A stretch of DNA of 41,917 nucleotides, taken from the IMG/VR virus record IMGVR_UViG_3300006029_000017, positions 1 to 41,917 of that record; one strand, 5' to 3'. This document shows, in pieces, positions 27,418-37,827 of this stretch. Under the pieces are notes generated by a model. The model was given only the letters and a program-made list of their open reading frames with translations, made no database searches and was not told where the DNA came from. This DNA comes from a virus (lineage: Duplodnaviria; Caudoviricetes). Position numbers and translations under genes: made by a program. Positions within the stretch are counted from its first letter, which is position 1, and the number at the start of each line of letters is the position of its first letter.

Positions 27418-27768
27418 TTAATCCATTTTTTTTAATATGTCATAGGCTAATAGTGTGTTAAACGCTATTTTAAATCCTATTCCAGTTTCTTTTAAATTAT
27501 TAGCTCCCAATGCTGAATCACCTTCTTCTTTTTCATCACCTAAATCAGCGATAAACCCTCTTATCAAGTCAAACCTAACACCATTTATTTCTTTGTGTTT
27601 TATATCTTCATTGTGAGTGATTTCAGTACTTATACGTTCCTCATTAGCATTAAATAATTCAACCTTTTGAGTTGTCTTTAAGTTTTCTTGTTTATCATCA
27701 CCTAGTAATAAAAACGCATCAATTTCATCGAAATCAATGTAATAAAATTCACCGAATAATTCAATCAT
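27418..27768 (-). CDS. Hypothetical protein
   Basis: 116-aa ORF, coupled to neighbours. Confidence 0.75.
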   Translation of the reverse strand: MIELFGEFYYIDFDEIDAFLLLGDDKQENLKTTQKVELFNANEERISTEITHNEDIKHKEINGVRFDLIRGFIADLGDEKEEGDSALGANNLKETGIGFKIAFNTLLAYDILKKMD

Positions 27769-28336
27769 TTATAATCTCATTAAATTTTTCTTCGTTATCA
27801 ACGAAGTCTAAAATACTATCTAATTCATAATCAGCGTCAGTATTTTTATTATATGAAGCATTAATTTTAACTGAAATTTTACCTTCAGGCTTAGCTTCTA
27901 AAGCTTTTGGGTTTGCAGTAACTAATAAATCAATATCGTCCCATTTTTTAGCTGTATCATTAACAAATCTTATGTTATTTCCAGTAAAACCTAACTTAGA
28001 TAAGAAAAATAATGTTGAAGGAATTGCCTTGTGCGCATCCCTACTAATTATTATAATCTCATGTTCCTCTTCATCGTTTATATCAGCGATAAATCTATTT
28101 AAAATAGCACCGATATTTGCGTATGATTGGTCTGCGTGAGCAAATACCTCCATTGGCGCATCACTATATAAAAATTCATTAAGTTTTTTTTCTGATGGGA
28201 ATTTAAAATATTTTAATAAATCCCATTCATCAATAACAACGTCTTCTAAATCTTCCTTATAGTATTTACCATAAACATATTTAAATTGCCCTATGAAGTC
28301 TCTTATCACCTCATTTAAAGTTATCCCTATTTTCAT
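27761..28336 (-). CDS. HAD-fold 5'(3')-deoxyribonucleotidase-like protein with degenerate motif I
   Basis: MKIGITLNEVIRDF at the position of IGIDxDxVLRD; ASYNKN C-terminal motif. Confidence 0.6.
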   Translation of the reverse strand: MKIGITLNEVIRDFIGQFKYVYGKYYKEDLEDVVIDEWDLLKYFKFPSEKKLNEFLYSDAPMEVFAHADQSYANIGAILNRFIADINDEEEHEIIIISRDAHKAIPSTLFFLSKLGFTGNNIRFVNDTAKKWDDIDLLVTANPKALEAKPEGKISVKINASYNKNTDADYELDSILDFVDNEEKFNEIIND

Positions 28337-28387
28337 TATATAATTTTAATTAAAAATTCCATAAAGTAAATAACTTTGTTACTTTTT

Positions 28388-29113
28388 TTATACATCTTCA
28401 TCAATTATTTTATAGTTATTGATTATTTTAGTTATTAAAGGGTTTCTTACGATATCACCTTCGTCAAATTCAAAGAAACCAATTTCTTTAATATTTTTAT
28501 GTCTATGAATTGCATCATATAATCCAGTTTGTTCAATTCGTCTATATTTATCAGATTGGTCCATATCACCCGATATTATATATTTTGAATTGTAACCAAT
28601 TCTTGTTAATAAGGTTTTCATTTGAGATGGTGACATGTTTTGCGCTTCCTCCATAAGTAATACAGCGTTGTCAATAGATTTACCTCGTATAAAACCTAAT
28701 GGCTCCACCATTAAGTCTTCACATTCCTCAAGTTTAAATCTATTATCTTTACCAATTATTTTGTCAACAATATCAATTGATGATGCCATGTATGGTGCCA
28801 TTTTTTCTTTTAAGTCCCCTGGTAAGAAACCTAGACTTTCTTCAGCTTCTACAGCTGGTTTCACAATTAATATTCTATTAAATGAGTTTGAAGTGTTTTG
28901 GATGAGTTGTAATGCGACTGCCATAGCAACATACGATTTACCAACTCCAGCTGGGCCAGAGCAGAATACAATCTCTTTTTCCCTTATTAATGTAGCATAT
29001 TCTTTTTGCTTAACATTTTTACATTTTAATTGTACTTTCTTAGGTAAAATTTCATTTACCGAACTTACTTTTGCAGTCTTCCTAACTGTTGTAGTATTTT
29101 GTTTTTTTGCCAT
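28388..29113 (-). CDS. phoH: PhoH-like ATPase
   Basis: GPAGVGKS, LGFLPGDLKEKMAPY, FIRGKS, EEAQN, LTRIG, GDMDQSD, DIVRNPL; ATG 29113 preferred. Confidence 0.95.
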   Translation of the reverse strand: MAKKQNTTTVRKTAKVSSVNEILPKKVQLKCKNVKQKEYATLIREKEIVFCSGPAGVGKSYVAMAVALQLIQNTSNSFNRILIVKPAVEAEESLGFLPGDLKEKMAPYMASSIDIVDKIIGKDNRFKLEECEDLMVEPLGFIRGKSIDNAVLLMEEAQNMSPSQMKTLLTRIGYNSKYIISGDMDQSDKYRRIEQTGLYDAIHRHKNIKEIGFFEFDEGDIVRNPLITKIINNYKIIDEDV

Positions 29114-29147
29114 AAAAAAATGTGAGTCTTTTCTTAAACTCACATTT
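29114..29147 (-). terminator. Terminator-like hairpin abutting the phoH start codon
   Basis: Minus strand AAATGTGAGT-TTAAGAAAAG-ACTCACATTTTTTT-ATG. Confidence 0.6.
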
Positions 29148-29185
29148 AATATAATTACAAAAAAACAAAACTAAACATAAAATGG

Positions 29186-30163
29186 CTATTTAGCCATTTT
29201 ATTTTCATACTTTAACTCTAATTCAGATAATTTATACTTTTCAAAGATATTATCACCATTAATAGTAACGTCAGCAATAAATTTAATAACGTAGTGGCCA
29301 TTGAATTCTACTATTTTATCAAATTTCTTAATATCATATTCATATTCTAACCCATCATCTGAACCAATTGCTTTATCACTAATGAAACCGACTTTATTAA
29401 TATCTAATAAATCAGAAGCCCTAGGGTTCTGTTTAGCTTTTTTGATTTCTGAAATTAACATTCTTGTTTTTCTATCATACTCATCAGGGTATTGTGATAA
29501 ATAAAATTCCATTAACCTCTCAGTTTCATTAATCTTTCTAATTACCAATTTCTTAGTATAAGATTCTATTTCAAATTTAGGTCTTATTTCTCTACTAACA
29601 TAAATAGTTTTTTTAGATTTCATTGAAGATACCATATCGTCAAATGAAATTTCACCTAAAGTTCTACCACTCCAATTTTCAACCCCAATTAAATCGTGTT
29701 TTGTTTTATTTTCATCATAATCATCGATTTCAGTTTTATCTAAAACATTTAAATCTTTATTATCGAATGATTCCACAGTAGACTTAATAATATCCTCGTT
29801 TTTAATAACTAACTCAACATCATACGAATCAAATTCATCACAACTAATTTTAGATAAGTTATGTTTTTCAATGGTATATGTTTCAACTATGGGAAGCCCA
29901 TCCGAATCATAACCAGTAATCTTAGCCGTCTTAGACTTAGATTCAGTCAAAATTTTATATAAACGCCACCTAAGTTCTTTTACTGGCATAGTTATTTCAC
30001 CCCTTAATAGAGCATCAGCCATTGAACCTTGATTCATTGTTTCATGTACAGTACCTTCGCTCCCTAAAGCGTCTGAGTGTTGATTAAGTGAAGACTTCTC
30101 AACCCTAGATAATGCTAGTGATAGTAAAGTTATTTTTCTTTTTAAATATCTTATTATTGACAT
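29186..30163 (-). CDS. Hypothetical protein
   Basis: 325-aa ORF; no motif recognised. Confidence 0.75.
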   Translation of the reverse strand: MSIIRYLKRKITLLSLALSRVEKSSLNQHSDALGSEGTVHETMNQGSMADALLRGEITMPVKELRWRLYKILTESKSKTAKITGYDSDGLPIVETYTIEKHNLSKISCDEFDSYDVELVIKNEDIIKSTVESFDNKDLNVLDKTEIDDYDENKTKHDLIGVENWSGRTLGEISFDDMVSSMKSKKTIYVSREIRPKFEIESYTKKLVIRKINETERLMEFYLSQYPDEYDRKTRMLISEIKKAKQNPRASDLLDINKVGFISDKAIGSDDGLEYEYDIKKFDKIVEFNGHYVIKFIADVTINGDNIFEKYKLSELELKYENKMAK

Positions 30164-30223
30164 TTTTCTAATTTACTTAAATCCATTGTAATATCTTATA
30201 ACCTACTAAATTGTATTTTTCCA

Positions 30224-31222
30224 TTATCTAGTGGATTCAATATTTTGTAATACATCCATCCAATGGTCCACCATTTCGTGCATCATTTCCTTAAAGGTAT
30301 ATGTTGGTTTCCAATCTAACGTAGTTCTCGCTTTTGTTGAATCACCTTTTAAGTATGGTAATTCTTCAGGTCTCATATATTTTGAGTTCTGAACTACATA
30401 ATCTTCATAATTCATACCCAAATATTTAAATACCACATCACACATTTCACGTACTGAATGAGTTTCCATAGTTGAAATTGCGAAATCATCGGCAACGTCA
30501 TGATTAATTACTTTATACATTGCTCTAACATAATCTTTAGAATGACCCCAATCTCTATATGAATCCATATTTCCAAGTTCTAATTTACCTACCAACCCAA
30601 GTTTGATTTGAACCGCAGTTTTAACAACTTTATTAGTAACAAAATTACTACCCCTTCGTGGTGATTCATGATTGAACAAAATACCGTTGGTTACATGTAA
30701 TCCGTAAGCTCTACGATAATGACGAACCATATTATAAGCGAAGACTTTAGCACACCCATAAGGTGAAACTGGATTCATTACCGAAGTTTCTCTTTGAAAC
30801 CCATCGTCTTCTACTGTTAACCCAAACATTTCAGAACTTGACGCTTGATAGAATTTAGCGTTAGGACATAATCGCCTATACGCTTCTAACATGTTAACCA
30901 CACCAACTGCGTTTGTTTGAACCGTAAATTGTGGAATATCAAAACTTACCCTAACGTGAGATTGCGCACCTAAATTATAAATTTCATCAGGCTTAATTTC
31001 AGTTAATAATCTTTCAATTGAAGTTTGGTCCGTTAAATCGCCATAATGGACGTAAAAATTTGGGTTTTTTCTAGCAGCGGCTAACCTACTTTGTTGGTTC
31101 TCAGCCACTGAATTTCTACGTACCATACCATGTACCGTATAACCTAATTCTAATAAATACTCAGTAAGATATGAACCGTCTTGACCTGCTATCCCCGTTA
31201 TAAATGCTACTTTTTTACTCAT
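30224..31222 (-). CDS. gmd: GDP-mannose 4,6-dehydratase
   Basis: AFITGIAGQDGSYL, YNLGAQSHVRVSF, FYQASSSEMFG, SPYGCAK, LFNHESPRRG, RDWGH. Confidence 0.96.
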   Translation of the reverse strand: MSKKVAFITGIAGQDGSYLTEYLLELGYTVHGMVRRNSVAENQQSRLAAARKNPNFYVHYGDLTDQTSIERLLTEIKPDEIYNLGAQSHVRVSFDIPQFTVQTNAVGVVNMLEAYRRLCPNAKFYQASSSEMFGLTVEDDGFQRETSVMNPVSPYGCAKVFAYNMVRHYRRAYGLHVTNGILFNHESPRRGSNFVTNKVVKTAVQIKLGLVGKLELGNMDSYRDWGHSKDYVRAMYKVINHDVADDFAISTMETHSVREMCDVVFKYLGMNYEDYVVQNSKYMRPEELPYLKGDSTKARTTLDWKPTYTFKEMMHEMVDHWMDVLQNIESTR

Positions 31223-31295
31223 TTTATTTATATTTTTTATTTATATTTTTTATTTGAACTAAATATAAATAAAAAATATGAATAAGTAAACATAA

Positions 31296-31889
31296 TTACC
31301 TATTAAAAATATCCATTTTAGTTAAGTCAGGCCAGTCTTCAACTACCCATTGTCTAGGGGTCGTTTCAATTGCCTTTGATAATTTATCCAATCCCATTTG
31401 TGCCGTTTCTGGGGTCATATAATAATGATAACCAAATGTGTCTATATTTTGGTCTCTCCAAGGTATATCTGGTAACCTACCATCATATGACATCTTCTTT
31501 AACTTTATCGCATCTTTTTTATTATCACATAATATCATCCCACCTCTACCAAGGCTTAAATGTTTTTGATATTGGAAGCTCAAATTCATAAATGTATTTG
31601 GCACATAACTATTTTTTTTCCAAAGTACTGCCGCATCTATTACATTTCCATAACTTAAATTATAATAATCAACCCAATTTTCATCAGTCCATCTTAAGCT
31701 AATACCTAATTTATTTGCTAAAAATGGCACAGAAATATATGTATGTTTTGGTACATGTATACTTTGCACATCTTTTAATCTTAGACATAGTTCAATACCA
31801 TGTGTACAACTATCCACCGCTATTGCGTATGGTGCGCCAAAAAATTCGGCAACTTCATTTTCGAATTGTGTTACTACTTTAAAACTCAT
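31296..31889 (-). CDS. Short DegT/DnrJ/EryC1-family PLP aminotransferase
   Basis: FENEVAEFFGAPYAIAVDSCT, IDAA, SFQYQKHL (PLP Lys), GRGGMI; only 197 aa. Confidence 0.8.
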   Translation of the reverse strand: MSFKVVTQFENEVAEFFGAPYAIAVDSCTHGIELCLRLKDVQSIHVPKHTYISVPFLANKLGISLRWTDENWVDYYNLSYGNVIDAAVLWKKNSYVPNTFMNLSFQYQKHLSLGRGGMILCDNKKDAIKLKKMSYDGRLPDIPWRDQNIDTFGYHYYMTPETAQMGLDKLSKAIETTPRQWVVEDWPDLTKMDIFNR

Positions 31890-32592
31890 AATTATCTATT
31901 TCTTCTTTTGTTACTCTGACATTATCGATATCATAGTTTTTTATTATGTTAATATAATTTTCATTATCCAATGGTTTACCAAATAACCCACCTGTAAAAC
32001 TACTAAGGTTAATTGTTAGACTCCAATTATCATAAAATTCAGATTCTAACGTCTGTTTATATGTTGATTCTAAACCCTTTTCTATTCCTATGAAACAAAC
32101 CTTAAAGTTAGTAAACCCATAAACCTCTTTTAAAGAAGTTACGATATGTTCCATATCATCAATTGTAAGATTATTCTCCCATGTATTATAAGAATAATTA
32201 AAAAGAGTCTTATAATCCTTTAATTTTTTAAACCTTTTTTTACATTTCAAAAAATGATTATAATCTTTTTCAGTATTCAAATCGTGGTGTGGAAATATAG
32301 CACCATGAACATCAGTATGGTCAGCATCATAAAATTTATTACTGGTTCTCATCGATGTTGGTAATGGAAGTCTTGTTTCTGGGTCAATGGTTAGTTGATT
32401 ACATAACAAGGTAAAGTTGTTTTCAGGTTTAAGAATTTCGTTGAAATCGTCTTCTAAAATATGTTTAATGGTTTCAACCTTTAAAGTATTCATAAAATCA
32501 AAAAACCCTGAAAATTCTCGATAATTATAATGTTTTAATATATCTGAATTTTGACATCTACTCCCTAAGCTATGTATTGTTTTATATTTCAT
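31879..32592 (-). CDS. DUF1796-like (putative papain-like) protein
   Basis: N-terminal SLGSRC...FFDF and FPHHD patterns typical of this family in glycan clusters. Confidence 0.55.
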   Translation of the reverse strand: MKYKTIHSLGSRCQNSDILKHYNYREFSGFFDFMNTLKVETIKHILEDDFNEILKPENNFTLLCNQLTIDPETRLPLPTSMRTSNKFYDADHTDVHGAIFPHHDLNTEKDYNHFLKCKKRFKKLKDYKTLFNYSYNTWENNLTIDDMEHIVTSLKEVYGFTNFKVCFIGIEKGLESTYKQTLESEFYDNWSLTINLSSFTGGLFGKPLDNENYINIIKNYDIDNVRVTKEEIDNYEF

Positions 32593-33394
32593 TTTTAATG
32601 TATTTTAAGTAAAGATGGTCTTCTGAAACTAGCATATTCATAGCGGTCTCAAAATTCTCTTTTACTGCTTCAATTTTAGAATTATATAAATCAAAAGATA
32701 ATGATTCTATTTTGAAGTCGTCATTTAGTGTTATTATCCCATCAGTGTTAAAGAAATCACCTATATTTTCAATGCCATAAAAAATCGGTATTGTGCCAGT
32801 CATAAAACAATCAGTGATTTTTTCACTAACCATATTGGGGTACGTCCCATTCTCCATTGCAATGGAAAAACAATAATCTTTTAAACCATCAATCTTATTA
32901 GGTATTTCACGGAACCCTCTTCCGAAGTGGTCACAATGTGGACTGAATTTAGCAATCATTTCATGCCTATAAATATGAGCTGGGCACATCTTTTTATTAG
33001 ACGCAATCATGGAAACCAATTTAGTCTTAGGGTACACCAACCCATCACTTTCAGCGATAAATGATTTACCACTAACTTGTAACGCAAAGATGTTAGATAG
33101 TTCGGTTAAACTAACGTCATGTGTGAATACTAACTTATAATGTTTCTTTAAGAAATCTAAGTTATTAGCACACCACTCATATAACCCAGTGTTGATGTCT
33201 TTAGATTCAGATAACCAACCATAATTTATTGTATTTGGATTTGGTGGTGTTTTAATTAGAAAGTCGATGTGCATAGATATTGGTGCTGTATGGCTACCCT
33301 TGACCCATTTTACATATAATGGTTCGTAACCAGATGTAGACGGACTATGTTGAAACCCACCACCTATCATATTTATTTCCACCCTATCATTCAT
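32582..33394 (-). CDS. GT10 (alpha-1,3-fucosyltransferase-like) glycosyltransferase
   Basis: YCFSIAMEN....SEKITDCFMTGTIPIFYG matches the GT10 motif. Confidence 0.8.
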   Translation of the reverse strand: MNDRVEINMIGGGFQHSPSTSGYEPLYVKWVKGSHTAPISMHIDFLIKTPPNPNTINYGWLSESKDINTGLYEWCANNLDFLKKHYKLVFTHDVSLTELSNIFALQVSGKSFIAESDGLVYPKTKLVSMIASNKKMCPAHIYRHEMIAKFSPHCDHFGRGFREIPNKIDGLKDYCFSIAMENGTYPNMVSEKITDCFMTGTIPIFYGIENIGDFFNTDGIITLNDDFKIESLSFDLYNSKIEAVKENFETAMNMLVSEDHLYLKYIKNEI

Positions 33395-34073
33395 CTATTA
33401 AATCTTTAAATTCTTCTTTTAAAAACGGCATTACCTCTTGTGATAAATGGATATCATCCATAATAAATTTAGGGTCAGTCCTACCATTTTCTAACATTAA
33501 TTTTTCTGAAATATCTTTAAATATAATATCATTCTTATTACAGTTATATTTAAGGTGTTTATTAAATTCCTTTGTCATAACATTTCTAAAAATTTCATCT
33601 TTATATTCTTTAACTGGGCTATCACCTTTACGTGATGATGGTGGTGAACCATATACTCCAACATTAGAGTATTTATCATTTAGATAATCTACGGTTTTCA
33701 TATATCTATCAACACACCTATATATCCCTTCAGTTATTAATATATCTTCAGCTTCAGCATTAAACCCAATATGGTTTCTAATATCTATTTCACCAAAACA
33801 TAAGAATATATAATCTTTTTCTGATATCTCATATTCTTCAATTACCTGTTCAATTACTGGTAATTTATCGAATGAATTATAAGCCGTATTTGAACCAATT
33901 TTAATTGGACAAAAATACGGTATTCTCTGTTCGAATACATTGTGTGGTCTTAACGAACCACCACTTAAAGTATAACAAGTGCCAAATTCTGGTTGAATGT
34001 GTCTTAACCCATTCAACCCTTTATCGGTTCCAGAAAATACTGATACATGACTATCTCCAATTATATAAATCAT
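33387..34073 (-). CDS. SGNH/GDSL hydrolase-like protein
   Basis: IIGDSH, FGEID, DDIHL blocks. Confidence 0.75.
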   Translation of the reverse strand: MIYIIGDSHVSVFSGTDKGLNGLRHIQPEFGTCYTLSGGSLRPHNVFEQRIPYFCPIKIGSNTAYNSFDKLPVIEQVIEEYEISEKDYIFLCFGEIDIRNHIGFNAEAEDILITEGIYRCVDRYMKTVDYLNDKYSNVGVYGSPPSSRKGDSPVKEYKDEIFRNVMTKEFNKHLKYNCNKNDIIFKDISEKLMLENGRTDPKFIMDDIHLSQEVMPFLKEEFKDLIDE

Positions 34074-34894
34074 ACTTTATATACGGTTTTAATATTTTCA
34101 CTTAGAATACTAGCGACAATAGAAATTGACGATAAATCTGCTTTCAATAAGTAATCACATTTTGTTAATGTAAGGATTTCTTGTAAACATTCAATACCTA
34201 ATTTATATCTATGGTTTTTTCTAGTATCATGCAACCTAGCGTGTGGGTCATGATGTCTATTAGCTTTATCAGCTCTAAACATATTATCGTAACAAATAAT
34301 TGGAACGTCTAACGCAGCTCTTAATTCTGGAATAACTAAACTATCATCTGTGGCTAAAAATATTTGTTCTATTTCTGGGTGTTTTAATAAAATTTCATTT
34401 ATTTTTATAACGTAACTACTCAATGGTGATACATTATGATGGTGTTTCATATCAGTTAATCTAACTTGAACACCTAATGTTACTTTACCTTTAATATTAT
34501 TGTCATAGAAATCATCTATTAATGTTTTAATATAAGATTTTAATTGGAAATTATAATTAAATTTTTCTTTAAGTGCTATGAAATTTTCTGGGTACATATA
34601 CATATCTCTATTTTCGTATGTTAGCCCACCTATAACTAAACTATTCATGTTGTTAGTGGTTTCACCTTCAATATTAACTTGGTCAAAGTAATATTCCCAA
34701 CAATTATTTGTGTTATGTAACAACGGTCCTTTTTCCGTACAGATACAATCTGTTTTACTCATATCAATATAAAGTTTTTCATCCTGTCCCACAAGTGATA
34801 ATGTGCTCAATATGATAAACATATTACCAGCAAATCCAACACCACCTACTTCATGTTTTGAAGATATTTTTACAAATTCTAATTTATGATTCAT
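34070..34894 (-). CDS. NodZ/GT23-like O-fucosyltransferase-fold glycosyltransferase
   Basis: LGVQVRLTD, IFLATDD, LTKCDYLL..SSIS. Confidence 0.7.
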   Translation of the reverse strand: MNHKLEFVKISSKHEVGGVGFAGNMFIILSTLSLVGQDEKLYIDMSKTDCICTEKGPLLHNTNNCWEYYFDQVNIEGETTNNMNSLVIGGLTYENRDMYMYPENFIALKEKFNYNFQLKSYIKTLIDDFYDNNIKGKVTLGVQVRLTDMKHHHNVSPLSSYVIKINEILLKHPEIEQIFLATDDSLVIPELRAALDVPIICYDNMFRADKANRHHDPHARLHDTRKNHRYKLGIECLQEILTLTKCDYLLKADLSSISIVASILSENIKTVYKV

Positions 34895-35702
34895 ATCCTA
34901 ATTTTTTATTAATTGAGTTCTTGTCTAACTCGTTACCGTATAACCAATCGGTCATATCGGTAAAATTATTACTAGTTGGGTGAATGAAAATTCCATCCAT
35001 CAACATACCAACACTAGTACTGAAAGCACTGTTACTCCCTAATAGAATGTCAGAGTTTACCATAGCAACCCACGTTTCATTATCAGAGATATCGGTATCG
35101 TATTTAATATTAAAATCTTCAAAACCTGTGGCGACAAAACCTTCTTTTTGTACGTATATAGTTATATCATACTTAATACCTCTTTCTTTTAAAGTCGTCT
35201 CTAAAATGTTAAGACTATCTAAATAATACTTATTACCTATAAATCTATGTCTATCATTGATTATATCACCTCTTCTAATATGAACGCTTACGTTAATAAC
35301 GTCACTAGTAACTTTAGTTGGTATGACCAAATAATCTTTTTTTATTTCATCACGAAACCCTCTAATTTTGTTATATAATTCAAACTGTCCCTCAATTGGT
35401 GGTACATCATTATTTGACGATGGGTGTGACAAATATAACACCTCAGATAAATCTTCAATGTCGGTTATTTTTTTTTTCTCTAAATTTAGTATCAAATCCC
35501 ATCTCTTACAATCAGATAAGTAATCAACTCTTTTGGTCATTGAATTTTTATCACTAAATTCGTTTGGTACTGCTTGATGAGAAAAAGGTGTTATTACAAA
35601 TTCAGTATTAGTGATAATAGAATAACCAATAGCGTTTGTCAATAAAAACATTCTAGTCCCTAACCCATGTGGGAAAATTTCATTAGTTATATATTTACTC
35701 AT
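34884..35702 (-). CDS. Fucosyltransferase-fold (GT11/GT23-like) glycosyltransferase
   Basis: HGLGTRM, VHIRRGD, SDILLGSNSAFS. Confidence 0.7.
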   Translation of the reverse strand: MSKYITNEIFPHGLGTRMFLLTNAIGYSIITNTEFVITPFSHQAVPNEFSDKNSMTKRVDYLSDCKRWDLILNLEKKKITDIEDLSEVLYLSHPSSNNDVPPIEGQFELYNKIRGFRDEIKKDYLVIPTKVTSDVINVSVHIRRGDIINDRHRFIGNKYYLDSLNILETTLKERGIKYDITIYVQKEGFVATGFEDFNIKYDTDISDNETWVAMVNSDILLGSNSAFSTSVGMLMDGIFIHPTSNNFTDMTDWLYGNELDKNSINKKLGYES

Positions 35703-35704
35703 AA

Positions 35705-36238
35705 TTAATACCCAAGCTCTTTAGCTCCTTTTAAAATTAACTCTTTATCTCTTGTTGCAATTCTTTTCGCTGGCGAACCAACATAAATTCCCCATGGTTC
35801 AGTATCTTTTGTTAATAATGAATTAGCCCCAAGTACAGAACCTTCAGCTAATGTAACACCTGGCATTACAACTGAATTAACTCCAGTAGATGAATACTTC
35901 CTAAATATCACTGGTTCATTAATCACATTTCTATATTCTCTCGGTATAAATGGATTCAGGAAACCTTTTTTGAAGTCATCGCTTGCACATATAACTCGTG
36001 TACCAGTAGCAATTGCACTGAAATCTTCCATTATTAATACTGAATCACCACCACCAATTATACTAACTTGTGGGGCTATATGAATATAATCTCCAAGTAT
36101 AGCTGAAGTAGAGAAATACACACACATGTCAATTGAAATGTGACTTCCTAATTCTATTAATTCTGGTCTAACTATTTGAGCTGACGAATCTACTCTAACG
36201 TCTTCACCCACTTTTTTAAAATTCTTATAATCCCCCAT
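35705..36238 (-). CDS. Hexapeptide-repeat acetyl/acyltransferase
   Basis: Left-handed beta-helix repeats, VMPGVTLAEGSVLGANS, GSPAK. Confidence 0.88.
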   Translation of the reverse strand: MGDYKNFKKVGEDVRVDSSAQIVRPELIELGSHISIDMCVYFSTSAILGDYIHIAPQVSIIGGGDSVLIMEDFSAIATGTRVICASDDFKKGFLNPFIPREYRNVINEPVIFRKYSSTGVNSVVMPGVTLAEGSVLGANSLLTKDTEPWGIYVGSPAKRIATRDKELILKGAKELGY

Positions 36239-36881
36239 CTATTTTTAAATTTGTTCCAGATACATATTCATTGTCTACAATGAAATTTACCGTATTATAT
36301 AATTCTTCAGCGGTACCAAATCTCTTTAACCCTACTTTATCTTTAGCCATTTGAACGTACTTCTCATCTACTCTATATGCCATACCACCATCCCAATAAC
36401 CTAATTGGATTGTATTGCATGTAATGCCGAATCTTACGTTTTCTTTATTGGCGGTACCTATCAATCTATCTACGAATGCTTTTGACGCACAGTATATTGA
36501 ATTCTTAGGTACGTTCATTTCAGAAAAAACAGATGATATCGCAATCACTCTTCCATACCCTCTTTCAATCATATGAGGTAAACATGCGGCTAACATATTT
36601 ATATTCCCTTTAATGTTAACATCTAACATCTTATCAATGTCTTCTACGTCATCAGAAGTGATTTTACTTAAAAATGTATCATATTTAACACCACTCATAT
36701 TCAAAACAATATCAACATTGTAATGTTTTTCCGCATCAGAAAACCATTGCTTAACTGATTCTAAATTGGTAATATCAACGACAGAACTACCTAACGGTAT
36801 AACATGATATTTTTCAGCCAATAAAGGGACTAGTTTTTTACCTAACCCACCAGTTCCACCAAATACTGCAATTGTTTTCAT
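36225..36881 (-). CDS. Short-chain dehydrogenase/reductase (FabG-like)
   Basis: GGTGGLG, ISS, YCASK, IDGG. Confidence 0.88.
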   Translation of the reverse strand: MKTIAVFGGTGGLGKKLVPLLAEKYHVIPLGSSVVDITNLESVKQWFSDAEKHYNVDIVLNMSGVKYDTFLSKITSDDVEDIDKMLDVNIKGNINMLAACLPHMIERGYGRVIAISSVFSEMNVPKNSIYCASKAFVDRLIGTANKENVRFGITCNTIQLGYWDGGMAYRVDEKYVQMAKDKVGLKRFGTAEELYNTVNFIVDNEYVSGTNLKIDGGL

Positions 36882-36882
36882 A

Positions 36883-37827
36883 TTAATCTTCGTAATTTAT
36901 TACCATCGAACCCCAAGCCCATCCAGAACCTACAGCCGATAATACAATTTTATCACCCTTTTCAATTTCGTTATTCTCGAATGCATCATTTAACGCAATT
37001 GGTATTGATGCGCCAGCTATATTTCCATATTTATCTTGCACCAACTTTACGTTATCCATCGACATTCCGACTTCCTTTGCAACCACTTTTAGTATATTAA
37101 TACTTGGTTGATGTGGCACTAATAATTTAATATCATCTACCTCAAGTTCAGCTTCTTCCATTACTAGTTTAATAGATTCTGGTAACACACGTATTGCTTG
37201 TTCCCATACTTCCTTACCCTTCATAGTAAACGGGTCCGATAACGGCATTCTAAATCCTGTCATACCTGAACCATTTCCATTTGACGCTATATTACTAACG
37301 TTCCAACCGTTTTTTGATGTGCCTAAAACTAAGCCACCAGCTCCATCACCAAAAAATACACAATTTCTATCATGAACATTTGTATGTTTGGAATATGTTT
37401 CGCTTGCAACAATTAGAATTTTTTTATAAGTTCCACTACTAATTAATGTTGATGCGAATGACATTGCATATACAAATCCAGCGCATACAGCATTAATGTC
37501 AAATGAAGGTACGTCTCGCTTAATGTCTAACATCTTATGTAACGTACATGCAGTTGATGGTGATATCTGGTCAGGACTTGATGTGACCACTATGATTAAA
37601 TCTAATTCTTCTTTATCGGTTAATGAATTGGCTAAAGTCCTAATTGCGGCTTGATACGCTAAATCGGCTGTAGATTCATCTACTGTTATTCTACGTTCAA
37701 TTATACCTAATTTATCTTCAACCCATTCTGGTGTTGTTGTGATGTGTTTACACAAATCTTCATTTGTTACCACATTGCTTGGTAAGTATGAACCTGTTCC
37801 AAGGATTGTTACATTATCATTTCTCAT
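36883..37827 (-). CDS. fabH: 3-oxoacyl-ACP synthase III family
   Basis: GTGSYLP, DINAVCAGF (Cys), FGDGAG, PHQPS (His), YGNIAGAS (Asn). Confidence 0.92.
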   Translation of the reverse strand: MRNDNVTILGTGSYLPSNVVTNEDLCKHITTTPEWVEDKLGIIERRITVDESTADLAYQAAIRTLANSLTDKEELDLIIVVTSSPDQISPSTACTLHKMLDIKRDVPSFDINAVCAGFVYAMSFASTLISSGTYKKILIVASETYSKHTNVHDRNCVFFGDGAGGLVLGTSKNGWNVSNIASNGNGSGMTGFRMPLSDPFTMKGKEVWEQAIRVLPESIKLVMEEAELEVDDIKLLVPHQPSINILKVVAKEVGMSMDNVKLVQDKYGNIAGASIPIALNDAFENNEIEKGDKIVLSAVGSGWAWGSMVINYED

